DNA of 64,000 bases from Neoconidiobolus thromboides FSU 785 (GCA_025603075.1 MU626288.1:86021-150020); one strand, 5' to 3'; shown: positions 14,044 to 25,610, counted from the stretch's first letter. Notes: generated by a model from the sequence alone, not told the origin. Numbers and translations are program-made.

Positions 14044-14809
14044 GTTTGAACTTTGAATATTTTGTTGTCTTTGGCTTTAAAATGTTAAATTGTTGAAGAA
14101 CTAATGAGTTGTTTATATACTCCGGGTATTTTAGAAGTTTTTTTCCGTAGGATGAGTTGAACGTTCAGATTTAATTTATTTATTATATAGGAAATTAAAT
14201 ATTGATTTCATTGAAAATCAATTAAATCGGAGAATTAGATTTTAATTTAATTTCTTTTTTTTTTGATTATTGTAAATAAAATTTTAATATTTCTTAAAAA
14301 ACAAAGTAATAAAATAAAATAATAAAATAATAAAATAATAAAATAATAAAATAAAATATCAAAGGTATTAGAGTTCTAAACTTATAACGTGATAAAATCT
14401 CTTATACATATAGTTTGTTGTTTGACTTGAATGTAAGTTAATCTGCAACTCTTACAGTCAACTTTTACTAATTCAATGTTTTTATGCTTTGTACTTTCAA
14501 TATTTAATCTCATTTACACAAAGTGCTAAATGCACTTAAGATTACAGTACTTAGTTTACAATAGTAATAATCAATAAAAATAAATGTTAGTTTAAATTCC
14601 AAAACATTAAATCATACAGTTAAAATTTTTATATGACAAGTTCAGCATTTCATTAAATGTAAGAATATTCATTCATCTAGTGCTTTTAAAAATTATTCAA
14701 TATTAAATTATAGCCTATATTTTTATAAAATCAAAATTCAAAAATGTCAAAATTGAAGAAACCCTATACTTTAGGATTTTTCTGCATCACATACAAGAGT
14801 CTTTAATCT

Positions 14810-15005
14810 TCAAACAAAACTGGGCAAAGCACTTTTGGGTGTATTAACTTTTTCAAGTTAGAATTCAGGGTCAATGAGGCGAGTACCTTGTAGAGTAGAT
14901 AGTAAATTAATTTTATTTTTATTAACTTTGGTTTCTGGTAAAGAGATTGTTAAGATTGAAATGATGCAAGGAGTAAATAATATTGATTTTGATTTTGATT
15001 TTTTA
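14810..15005 (-). pseudogene. degraded small-secreted-family paralog
   Basis: Minus frame reads ILFTPCIISILTISLPETKVNKNKINLLST..PEF*LEK, matching the family SLP..VDK..NL and EFQ motifs. No ATG; internal TAA. Confidence 0.5.
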
Positions 15006-15085
15006 TGATTAAATTTGTTTTAAACTTGGATAACAATCGCTTTTGGTGAAATCATTCATTATGAAACTGAATTTAGTTTACAGTT

Positions 15086-15250
15086 GTTGCAACTCCCTTA
15101 CGACCTAATTAACTGTATATTCATAAAAAAGGTTATGTTAAAATTCGCCTAAAATATATTAAATTTGACTTTAAAAAAAACATATATATAAATAATTTGC
15201 TTATAGAAATTACAGTTGTAAAGTCGTAAAAGAGCTACAGGAGTTGTAAC
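15086..15250. repeat. imperfect long inverted repeat (possible relic of a second MITE family)
   Basis: gttgcaactcc..ttacgac..aactgta (15086-15117) pairs with tacagtt..gtcgtaa..ggagttgtaac (15211-15250). Confidence 0.45.
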
Positions 15251-15946
15251 ACGCAAGTCAAAATTTTAAAAATGTATTAAATTTATCAATCCCCTTCCTC
15301 AAATGAAAACAACGTTAATAAGTGTTTAATAAAGAGTAGCACCTAATCACTTAATTCTTGACTATGCAACAAAAACCACAATTGATATAAAACATAGCAT
15401 AATAATTTATTTTACATATCTGTTTAAATCAATTAGAATGTTTTAACTAAATCAGTGCCTTTTTTTATACCGATGTGTAAATATTTGAAAATGACAATGG
15501 ATTGGCAGTAAACTTACAGTTTCATACGATAAAACTGAATAAAAAATTGATAACAGCTTAAACTTTATAATATCAAGCTATAGTTTATAGGATTTTACCC
15601 TATATAGTCTTATTTTATCAAACTTATTAAATCCATTAAATTTTATTGAGAATAACTTTATCAGGTTTTTTATAGCTATGTATAGTTGATTTAAAAAGCT
15701 ATATCAAATCTTATTTATTCAAAACCACTATAATTTCACTATAATTTAAAAGTATGCTTCTATTAAAATATAAAAAATAATTCTGGTCTAATTTTTAGCT
15801 TGAGGTCTTATTATAAGATCATTGTTTAGAAGCACTAAAGGCCACAAATAAACCAAACAGATTAAACTAATGCGAATAATTACTCAAAAGTATCTTCAGA
15901 CCTTCAAATTCTTCTTATTTACATTAATCTTGACTATAATATCAAT

Positions 15947-16046
15947 AAGAGGATATATTTTTGTGTTTAAGAATTTTGCTAATAATTTTTCCACTCAAAT
16001 AGCGATTAAAAGATGAAGTGATGAAGCCAAAAAAAACATCCTCATA
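15947..16046 (-). mobile_element. ~100-bp MITE-like element
   Basis: tttaagaattttgctaataatttttccactcaaatagcgattaaaag..atgaagccaaaaaaaacatcctcata. Confidence 0.8.
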
Positions 16047-16056
16047 AACACATCTG

Positions 16057-16310
16057 TTATACTGGATCTATCTTGGGAGATGGCTTGTTTAAACACTCTT
16101 ATAATTTTTTCAAGTCCAATTTGTTTGTACAAATATTGCTTATAGTTTTAGAAAATAGACCCTTTATAATACATTTAGCTTATATGATAGCTTGTTCAAC
16201 TACACTACTAGAAGATTTCAATTTATCCTTACTTTTATCACTGTTGTTTGGAACAGGAGGGTCAATAAAATTAAAGATAATAATGTAAAAAGTCTATAAA
16301 TGAATTACAT
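16057..16310 (-). pseudogene. small-secreted-family pseudogene
   Basis: ATG TAA TTC ATT.. (M*FIYRLFTLLSLILLT), then after a 1-nt frameshift PVPNNSDKSKDKLKSSSSVVEQAII*AK. Confidence 0.6.
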
Positions 16311-16874
16311 TTTGAGAATAATTTTTTTATACCTATTTCTTTGATGATTATTTATATGTTAACTTTTTAAGGTATTTTCCATAGTTTATGTTTAAGATAA
16401 CTTATTATAAGAAATTAAAAATTAATTTCATACTAATATTTGGATTAAACAATAATTTCAACATTTATCTTTATCTCAATAAAGTCACCTTTTTATAAAA
16501 ATAATAGAAGAATGAGTTTAAACTTAAAATTAAGACAATTGTTAACATTAAATAGCAATCACTATAGCTATAAACTAGACATAAAAACTCTAATACAAGA
16601 TGTTTATAGTTATAATCAAGTATTTTTGCTACAACTTCTACATTCAATTATTTAAAAGATAAAAAGATAAAAAGTTTAACAACTGATACCTCTAATACTT
16701 AAGTCCATCCACATTAAATTCAAAAACATATAAGGTTATAATTTTGTTTTTTATACTTTTATTAAAGTAGGCCAGGGAACATAATTCAACTCAAATCCCA
16801 CTACTAAATGCGACAAAAATAATGCAATAAAACTCCATCCCTATTTTAAACTTATTCAACTTAGAAGATGTTAC

Positions 16875-17108
16875 TTATGTTTTGGTATTAATTGATCTAA
16901 TGCCGTCTAATTTAGAAAGGAATTGTTCAAAGTTAGAAGCAATATCCGAGACTTGCTTTTCAGAAGTAGATTTTGCTTTTGATAATGTTTGTTTTAATCC
17001 ATCATCAAAAGCTTCCATGTTATTTTGACTTTTATCTACATTGGCTTTAGGTAATGAGCGAGAAAAGATTAATGGTAAGAATACTAGAAACAAGTGAATG
17101 ATATGCAT
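16875..17108 (-). CDS. small secreted protein, family member 2 (77 aa, no Cys)
   Basis: MHIIHLFLVFLPLIFSRSLPKANVDKSQNNMEAF; signal-like N-terminus shared with the paralogs. Confidence 0.7.
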   Translation of the reverse strand: MHIIHLFLVFLPLIFSRSLPKANVDKSQNNMEAFDDGLKQTLSKAKSTSEKQVSDIASNFEQFLSKLDGIRSINTKT

Positions 17109-17939
17109 TTTTTTATGAGGATAAAGAATATGAAGTTTGTTGGGTTTTTTATTTAAAATGTTAGTTATATACTACTTTTTGATGTTTTGCTAAATCTATT
17201 ACGTTTAAATCCAGTTTAGGAAATTTAAAACTGGACTCGGAAACTAAAGAATCTTTAGTTTGATTGTTGGTTTAAATTGGCATTTAATGAAATAAAAGTT
17301 AATAGACTTTTATTCTCTATATTAAATTAATTTATTATCTTTTTACAGTAAAATTAAAAATCATTATAAAACAATTTAATATATTAATACTATTCATTTA
17401 ACATATATATGATAATTCTAAAGTATTCTCTATACATACTTTCTGTATCAAATTGAATCATTTGTATAACTTTAGCATCATTCATTTAAATGATAAAAGC
17501 CTTGGCAATTGATAATTTTATATTTAATCCCATCAATACCGAACTTTAATATATCTATGATCATAGTGATATTCTCTCGATTCGAAGTTTTCTAGACAAC
17601 AAAGGTAGATATAGCTTTAGTCTATACACTGGCCTTTTTCAAAGGGAGCGATCATTAGACTTAATCTCTTTTATTGTTGGTAGCTTCCATAGTGTTCAGT
17701 CTTAATTTAACTGAGTTGTGTTGAAATCCTTATCGTGGTTAATAAATATCAAAGTTTAAATTTTTCAAAAGAAAAGAGATTATTATAATAATTTTATTTG
17801 ATAATATTCTATAAAGTTTTATATGACAAACTATACGTTTATTAAAACAAAGTAAATCAAAATTTAGCTTAACTTTCTTATTTTAATAGACAGTGAAAAA
17901 TGAACAAGAAATCTTTAACTTTTTTAATAAAAGTTAAAT

Positions 17940-18178
17940 ATATTTCTTTGAATTGGAAAGAATCATTTCTAAATCGGTTTTGACAATAAGCTCTCCGATG
18001 ATGCCTGAAAGCCCAGTTAGTGAGTTTTTTGAATTAGAAGAATCTTATAAAATTACTTTTGGAATTGGGTGCATTGAGAGCTTGTAAACCTTGAATATTT
18101 TTATCAAATGTTAATTTAAGGTAATGAAAGCGAAGAAGTCAGAGATAAAATCGATAAAAATAAATAATTGAATTACAT
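17940..18178 (-). pseudogene. small-secreted-family pseudogene
   Basis: ATG TAA TTC AAT TAT TTA.. = M*FNYLFLSILSLTSSLSLP*INI, then after a frameshift DKNIQGLQALNAP; 3' limit approximate. Confidence 0.65.
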
Positions 18179-18294
18179 TTATGTATATACATATATATAT
18201 TATAGGTCATCATTCTTTGATATTTTGTTTATATACATTTTTTAAAGAGTGATTTACTATCTTTTTTATGCTTTTGTAAAGCTTCAATTTTATA

Positions 18295-18393
18295 TATGAA
18301 GGTGTTTTCTGATTTCACTTTTTCCATTTTTAAGTGTTATTTGAGTAGAATAATTATTAGTAAAATTCTTAAACAAAAAAATAAATTCTCATA
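18295..18393 (+). mobile_element. ~100-bp MITE-like element, degenerate
   Basis: cactttttccatttttaagtgttatttgagtagaa..ttagtaaaattcttaaacaaaaaa. Confidence 0.7.
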
Positions 18394-18775
18394 TGTTTAG
18401 TAATTAATCAAAAAATACAACGTTAGATGTGTTTAATAACCTAAGTTTATAGCTTTGTTTTATATTAACAAAGTTTTTTGATAAATAATTTCATTGTCTT
18501 TAATTTTATACAAAAATATTTAAACTTATTAAATCAAATTATTAACATAATCAAGTGACTAAAATTAATAATAACAGAAATCATTATAAACTTAAATATA
18601 GATCTTTTATTTTATTATTTCAAACTTTATTCACCTGCTTTGAATAATTATTAAGAAATTTTATCCCAGCTTGTTTAAATTACTTTCTTAAAATACATGT
18701 GTTAGGTTAAAAGTAATGTAAAATAAAGTTCTAGTTACTTTATTAAGATGCAGAAATTTTGATATGTATAAAACA

Positions 18776-18879
18776 TAAGGGAATGTTTTTTTGGCTTTAT
18801 TACTTTTTCCATCTTTTAAGCACTACTTGAGTGGAAAAATTGTTAGTAAAATTCTTAAATACAAAAATACATCCCCATA
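18776..18879 (+). mobile_element. ~100-bp MITE-like element, near consensus
   Basis: gggaatgtttttttggctttattactttttccatcttttaagcactacttgagtggaaaaattgttagtaaaattcttaaatacaaaaatacatccccata. Confidence 0.85.
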
Positions 18880-19104
18880 AGTTGATTACTTTTTCGTTAT
18901 ATTATTATACTTTATTTTATCACAATTTTTAGGTTCATTAGATAGCTTAGTTAAAGATGTTAGTGTTGATCAAAGCACCAAAGTATTCATGAATGGAGGG
19001 GCTAGTACTATTAGTTTATCAAGTGGTTGCTTAACTTTATATAGACAACAGTAACTTTTTAAGAGACTAAATAGCTTTAAATGATTTTCTAAGGAAATAT
19101 ATAG

Positions 19105-19190
19105 AACGTTTTTTTAGTTTCATTTATTTATTTTTAAGTGTTATTAAGTGAAAAAATTGTAGAACTCTTAAAAAGACACAACCATATATA
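19105..19190 (+). mobile_element. MITE-like element, highly degenerate
   Basis: tttttaagtgttattaagtgaaaaaattgtagaactcttaaa core only. Confidence 0.45.
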
Positions 19191-19488
19191 ATGTTTCTAA
19201 ATTCTAATTTAAAGTATTGAAGTCAAAGGAATTTGATATAGACATCTAAAAGGTAATTTCTTAATAAAACCTTAGAGTTTAAACTTATATTAAAATTTAT
19301 TGAGTTATAGTTTTTTTGATTTTTATTAAAAAATTTAGAGCTATTAATTCTCCGAATTCGATTTTTAGTTTCCTATAATATGATAAACTTTGAATTTACC
19401 GAATTTAACTTAAAAACCTAGTATATAACTCAATATTCCGGAAAAAAAATAGCAAAACATAAACAACTAAATCTCATCTCTACAAAAA

Positions 19489-19812
19489 ATGCATTTCGCT
19501 TATATCTTCCTCACATCTTTACCATTAATTTTCTCTTTTACATTACCTCAATCCATTGCTAAAAATGATAGTAATTTACAAGCTTTTAATTCTCCATTTC
19601 AAGAACATATACCTGAGGCTATATCAAAATTAGCTAAACCCTCCCTCAAATTTACATCTAAGGATCAACAAAATAGTACAAAATTACAACCAGTTTCAAG
19701 TCAAAGTAATCAAGCGGATAGCCTTACGAAGATCCCATCTGACTTGAAACAAGCGGAGATGAAAGTCCAAGACTCATCAACTAATATTGAAAAAAACAAT
19801 CAAAATTTATAA
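19489..19812 (+). CDS. small secreted protein, family member 3 (107 aa, no Cys)
   Basis: MHFAYIFLTSLPLIFSFTLPQSIAKNDSNLQAFNSPFQEHIPEA aligns with member 1 (NLESTNSEFQQPIPQA); TATA-like tatataa about 65 bp upstream. Confidence 0.7.
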   Translation: MHFAYIFLTSLPLIFSFTLPQSIAKNDSNLQAFNSPFQEHIPEAISKLAKPSLKFTSKDQQNSTKLQPVSSQSNQADSLTKIPSDLKQAEMKVQDSSTNIEKNNQNL

Positions 19813-20074
19813 TACTTATAAAAAGAATAAAGCAGCTTTTGACCTTGAATTTAATAAAATAGGGATTAAACTTTAATATGATATTTTATATATATTAATC
19901 AATTTTGTTAGTTTAAATTAACATTATAATTTTAAAATTATTAAGATGTAATATGAAATATTAATATTAAAAACATTGGACTTATATGAGAAATTGCAGA
20001 TATAACGGATTTGATAATTATTTTATATAGTTTTGATATGAGAAGAGGTCTACAAGTTCTAAGGGTAGATGAGA

Positions 20075-20285
20075 CAAAAAGGATACGATCGGTTTTTTGT
20101 TTAAGAACTGTACTCATACTCTTTCCACTCAAATAATGCTTAAAAAATGGAAAAATTGATAAGCTAAAAAAACATTTCTACATGGGGATGAATTTTTATG
20201 TTTAAGAATTCTACTAACAAATTTTCCGCTCAAATAGCGCTTAAAAAGTAGAAAAAGTAATGAAGTCAAAAAAAACAGCCCCATA
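20075..20285 (-). mobile_element. head-to-tail dimer of the MITE-like element (about 20075-20182 degenerate, plus 20182-20285)
   Basis: Two successive reverse copies, each with ttccactcaaata / ttccgctcaaatagcgctt; the second is bounded by atggggatg..cagccccata. Confidence 0.8.
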
Positions 20286-21237
20286 TTATTTTACTTTTAT
20301 TATTTAAAACATTTGGCTTTTTTAACAATTATTAAAAGTAATATATTTATAAATAAATAGTTATATTGCTTTTTTAATTATATTACTTATATAAAAATAG
20401 TCTATTAATATTATTATAATAAAAAATAAAAAGCTGGAAAATAAAAAAATTTTTATAAAAATTTATCAAAAAATCATTCAAAATATTAAAAAAACTACTT
20501 AATAAAATATAAAATTATATTAGCAATATGAAATCTGGTACTCAGTGATTGGAGTTAATAACAGCTATTGCCTAGTTGACTATACTGTAAGTTAAAAGGT
20601 CTTAGTTTATGTGATTAAGATAGACTTGAATTATGAATAATAGCATGTAATAGGCTATGGACTATGTAAGACAAATAAAATAGACAATACTAATGTAAAA
20701 TCTACATAAATTACTATTAAGAAAATTTAGTGGCTTTATTGGATGTATGAGATATCAGGGAATAATTCAGTTAAAAAGCCTCGACCTACTATACTCTAAA
20801 ATTTCTTCTATATTCTGACAAGTATAAATATCAAAATGAGAAAATAATATTCTTTTGGATGAAACTAGAAATTCTCATAGCAAATCAAACTAAGAATGTG
20901 GGATTGATTGTCTCTGAACTTGAGAACACAACAGCTTAAATGCCTATTATGTTACAATCAATCATGGAGCTGACAAAGCAATATTTTACAGTAATAAAAA
21001 TAATGATAAAATACAATAATAAAAAATATAATCAAGAAAATAAATTAAATAAAGTATACATTTTTTAATATAAAAACAAAGTATAATAATTATTTAAATA
21101 ACTAAAATATAAACTATAAAAATTAATTTTCTAGTTTACATTTCTTTATTAAACTATTTAAAACTATTGGAATTTTAAGTTAATTTTGAAATTTATGTTT
21201 AAAGTAATTCATATAAATAGTATTATTTTATCTAGTA

Positions 21238-21445
21238 TATGGGGATGTATTTTTGTATTTAATAATTTTACTAACAATTTTTTAAGCGCTATTTGAGTGG
21301 AAAAATTATCAGAAAAATTCTTAAACACAAAAATGCATCCCCATATAGGAGTGTTCTTTCTGGTTTCATCACTTTCTACTTTTTAAGTGCTATTTAAGAC
21401 GAAAATTTATTAATAAAATCCTTAAGCAAAAAAATAACTCCACAT
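21238..21445. mobile_element. fold-back MITE variant (21238-21345) followed directly by a + copy (21344-21445)
   Basis: tatggggatgtatttttgtatttaataattttactaacaattttt is the reverse complement of the right arm aaaaattatcagaaaaattcttaaacacaaaaatgcatccccata; junction to the next copy is ccccaTAtagg. Confidence 0.8.
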
Positions 21446-21752
21446 TATTAAAGATAAGCTATAAAATAACTCAAACACAAACTAATAAATAAACATTATT
21501 ATTTATTTGTTTTATTAATTTATTGTTTGAACATTTATTTAATATTATTTTTATATTCTTATTTTAATAATTACCTTATTATGTTTTGTTAAATTTTTTA
21601 ATTATATCCTTATTAACGATGTTATTATATATATCTAAATATTAAATATTAATTTTATATCAAACATTATCTTCATTATAACTATTATTGTATTGTGTTT
21701 GATTTGAACACTATTGCATAAAAAAAATTACTAATCAATATTTTCAGTAAGT

Positions 21753-22070
21753 TCAGGAAAAAAAGAAAATATTTTTATCCTGAGATTCTTTATCACTATT
21801 ATTTACATTCACAAAACTAATATCAGTAAATGAAGCAACATTTTGTTGTTGACCACTATCTTGGTCACTTTTACTATTACTTTAAGATACTTTTAACAAA
21901 ATATCATCAATAGTAATATTATTAATGATAGATGAATCTAATAAAAATAAAATTCTACTTTATAAGTTGAATTATTAAACTTTGTTTTTATAATATAATT
22001 AGTCACCTTGAGATATAGGGATTGATAAAACGAAGGATAATGTGATGAAGAGGAAGGGAATGAATTGTAT
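21753..22070 (-). pseudogene. probable pseudogene of a small secreted protein with one intron (22006-21938)
   Basis: ATA CAA TTC.. reads (I)QFIPFLFITLSFVLSIPISQ|DSSIINN..KVS*SNSKSDQD; start appears to be ATG>ATA and there is an internal TAA. Confidence 0.5.
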
Positions 22071-22764
22071 TTTAAATTAATAGGAATTAATTGTTTTAGT
22101 TTATATCTTTTTTGTTGAGTTAATAAGTTATATATTAATTTTTAAATGTTAGTTACCGTTTGAATTGATGTTTAATCTACAAAAAAATAAAAACTAATTT
22201 ATAAAATTAATTAATTACTAATAAATATTTTAGAAAATTTTTCAAGTTGATTTTTAAGTTTAAGTTTAGGTTTAAGTTTAAGTTTAAGTTTAATTAAATT
22301 TAAATAAAATAAATATTATATTATATTATATTATATTATATTATTACAATTAATATAAAATATATTAGAAAACTAACTTATATTATTTTCAATTAAATAT
22401 AATTTTCCAACCAAAAAAATAGCATTCAAAATCCTTAATTAGCGGTTATCTAGAACCAATAAAAGCCTATATGCAATCAATCAAATCATGATCATTTGAT
22501 CTAAAGATAGAGAGGAATCATACTGAATCCAACTAATTAACTACTTACTAAAAAAACAGCAATGCTTAGTCCAAAATAAAGAATTTAACTTATGAATAGA
22601 ATAATCTAATAAAAAAAATCAAAAGTAGAATAGTTGAAACTTTTTAAATCCCAATTTAAATATTTTTTATTTACAAATATAAGAATTACTAAAGTTCAGT
22701 ATAATTGCAATTTAAATACATTAATAGAAATAACAATACAATATAAAACAATCGATCTAATATT

Positions 22765-23849
22765 ATGACTTCCACTAAAGCTTTATTGATTATTAATCTT
22801 AATTTAAATCAAGCTCAATTACAAATTGAGAAACAAAAACTTAATTCTGAATATACTCAAGTCGATATTGAAGTCGATGAACGTATCATTAATTCAGGTA
22901 AATGATTCGCGCTTTATCTTTAGTTATTACCTTGATATTAATATGTTTACTTTAATTAGAGGTCAATTATAATGAAGAATATGATAATGTAACAATTCTC
23001 AGTTTAATTGGCTTAAAAAGTATTAAATTGATCTATAACTATTTAAAAAAAGGTGGAAAAGTGATGATTGATTTCAAAGATAAAGAGAATAATATTAATG
23101 TGGAGAAAGAAATTAAGTTAAATGGGTTTGTGGAAGTTAAATTTGATGAAGGAACAAAGAAGGTAAATTATAAAGAGTATTAATATATATATATTGATTT
23201 TAATATTTCCTTTTTTATTTTAGTATATTGCAGAAAAACCAAATTATATAAAAGTGAATAAATTAAATTTGAAGTCCAAAGCATCTAAGAAAAAATATTT
23301 GTGGGACAAAATGGAAGAGAATGAATTATTAAATGAAGATGAATTAGTTGATGATAAAGATTTTATTAAACCTAATGAAGATAGTTTATGTGGTAAGTTT
23401 AAATGTTTCAATATTTCAATGTTTTTTTGTTTATGATAAATTTATTAAATTTTTTTGTGATGTTATTAATTTGAAGTTAATTTATTAATAAAATTTGATT
23501 ATAATAATTAGCTCCTACTAATAATGGTGAAAAAAAGAAAAAAGCATGTAAAAATTGTACTTGTGGATTAGCTGAATTAGAACAAGAAGAAGAGAAAGAA
23601 AATAATAAAAAGAATTTAGATACATCAAATGTAAAATCAAGCTGTGGTAGTGTAAGTATTCTTTTATATTAATAAAATATTATTCTTTTGGTTTTGATTT
23701 TTATTAAATGTTAATATTCTTTTGATTAGTGTTATCTTGGTGATGCCTTCCGTTGTGCTTCATGTCCTTATTTAGGTATGCCAGCATTTAAGCAAGGTGA
23801 AAAAGTCGAATTAGCTGGTAATATGTTAAATGATGATATTGAAATTTAA
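22765..23849 (+). CDS. DRE2: Fe-S cluster assembly protein Dre2/anamorsin; multi-exon
   Basis: C-terminal motifs [16 protein letters not shown] and [32 protein letters not shown]. Confidence 0.95.
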
Positions 23850-23906
23850 AATATATAAAATATATAAATACAAATAAATTATATTATTATTATTTATTAT
23901 TATTTA

Positions 23907-24133
23907 TTATAATAATAACTCATTAAATTTAGATAATTCATCAAATTTAATAAATACTGCAATTTTCCTGGATTTAACGTTAAAATATGCTGTACCTGTG
24001 GAGTCTAATTCAACTTCATTTGTAGTATTAAAGATATCAATTAATTTTATATGTTTAAATTTTGAACCAAATGACATTTGTTTAAAGCCATCTTTAGAAT
24101 TAGATAATAAAACAGCAAATAATGAATTATCAC

Positions 24134-24183
<50 letters not shown>

Positions 24184-25610
24184 CTTAACCAACCAATAGT
24201 ATTCGGATGATTGAAATAATCTATTTGTATACCAAAATTATATAATTTTCTTATTAATAATAATTTTTTTAACTCTAATTTAAATCCCTTAAATTTATTA
24301 GGTCCATTAATTATTCCATTATAATCTCCATAAAATAAAGTTGGATAACCTTGATCTCTTAATAAAATTAAACAATAAGCATGTAATTTAAACCAATCTT
24401 GAACCCAAGATTGTAAGGATTGACCTAATTGAGTATCATGATTATCTACAAATGTAACTGCTTGAGTGGGATAATCTTTTACTAATGTATTATCTAATAT
24501 TTTACTTAAATCATACTTTTCAAATTCAATACTTGCTTGATAGAAATTATAATGTAATGATACATCAAATAAATGTATTTTATAGTCAAACTTTTTTATA
24601 AATTCAATTAATACATTTACATCTCCACTCCAATATTCAGCTACAAAAAAAAAGTTCTCATTTCCTTGAATTAACATCTCTTTCATTATGTTTTTAATAA
24701 ATGACAAATGAATATGTTTAGCTGCATCAAATCGAATACCATTTAAATTTAATTGATCTTTCAACCATAAGGTATACTTAATTAATTCAAATTCAACTTC
24801 TGGATGTTTTAAATCTAAATCATTAGCTAATAAATAATCATAATTTCCATATTCTTTATCTACTTCTAATGACCAATATTTATTTTTACCTAAATTAAAA
24901 TTAAAAATAATATTAATAAATAAATTATTAATTTTATTATTTAAATTGATTTTACCTAATATTCTATAAATACCATGTTCCATTGTATCTATATTGACAT
25001 CTGTTCCTGTAAAATGCCAACTTTGAAATTGAAATTTAGAATATTTTCCATCTCTACCTTCAAATGTAAAATTAGTATAACTAGTAATCCACATTTCATT
25101 TGAAATATCTATTAATCGATTATTTGGATCACATTTCTTTACTATAAATTTCTCCTTTTCATCCCCTTGAACTCTATGATTATATACCATATCCGCATAA
25201 ATATCAATATTATATTCCTTTAATTTCTTAGTTAATTTAATCAACTCTTGTTTATTTCCATATTTTGTTTTTATTGTACCCTTTTGATTAAATTCCCCTA
25301 AATCATACATATCATAAATACCATAACCTACATCATTAGTACCTGCTCCTCCTTTACTCACTGGTGGTAACCATAATGCAGAGATCCCATAATGAGATAA
25401 TTCTGGGATATAAGACATTATATTATTATAATGTTGACTATCATTATTTAAATACCATTCAAAACTTTGATATAATACACCATTGATTGGAGTAGAAGTG
25501 GAATGAAAGGTGGAAGTATTATGAGAGAAAGTAGTAATAGGTTGAATATATCGAATTAAAATCAATAAGAAATAAGAAATTAATATCATTGTTATTATTA
25601 TTTGATACAT
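23907..25610 (-). CDS. bacterial liquefying-type (GH13_5-like) alpha-amylase with an N-terminal hydrophobic leader; probable 66-nt intron at 24890-24955
   Basis: YQSFEWYL, DVGYGIYDMYDLGEFNQKGTIKTKYG, and catalytic motifs GIRFDAAKH / AEYW / FVDNHD. Leader IIITMILISYFLLILI. Poly-Asn (AAT)n tract in the C-terminal domain. Confidence 0.92.

Noticed and set aside
17470-17760. Relatively GC-rich broken minus-strand frame
   Set aside because: Several stops and no recognisable similarity to anything in the window
18930-19055. Short exon-like frame (GSLDSLVKDVSVDQ..) after a TTTAG
   Set aside because: No partner exon or start identified
20520-20990. Coding-like relic with higher GC
   Set aside because: Multiple stops; no transposase or other motif recognised
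16057-22070. Alternative genetic code (TAA = Gln) suggested by in-frame TAA at Gln positions
   Set aside because: Conserved genes end in TAA (3591, 11205, 48249), the intact paralog uses CAA, and most of these copies also carry frameshifts or lost starts
22255-22295. (TTTAAG)n with one TTTAGG, telomere-like
   Set aside because: Only about 6 internal units, best explained as a microsatellite
23998-24210. Poly-Leu ORF on the + strand
   Set aside because: Antisense reading of the amylase (AAT)n tract
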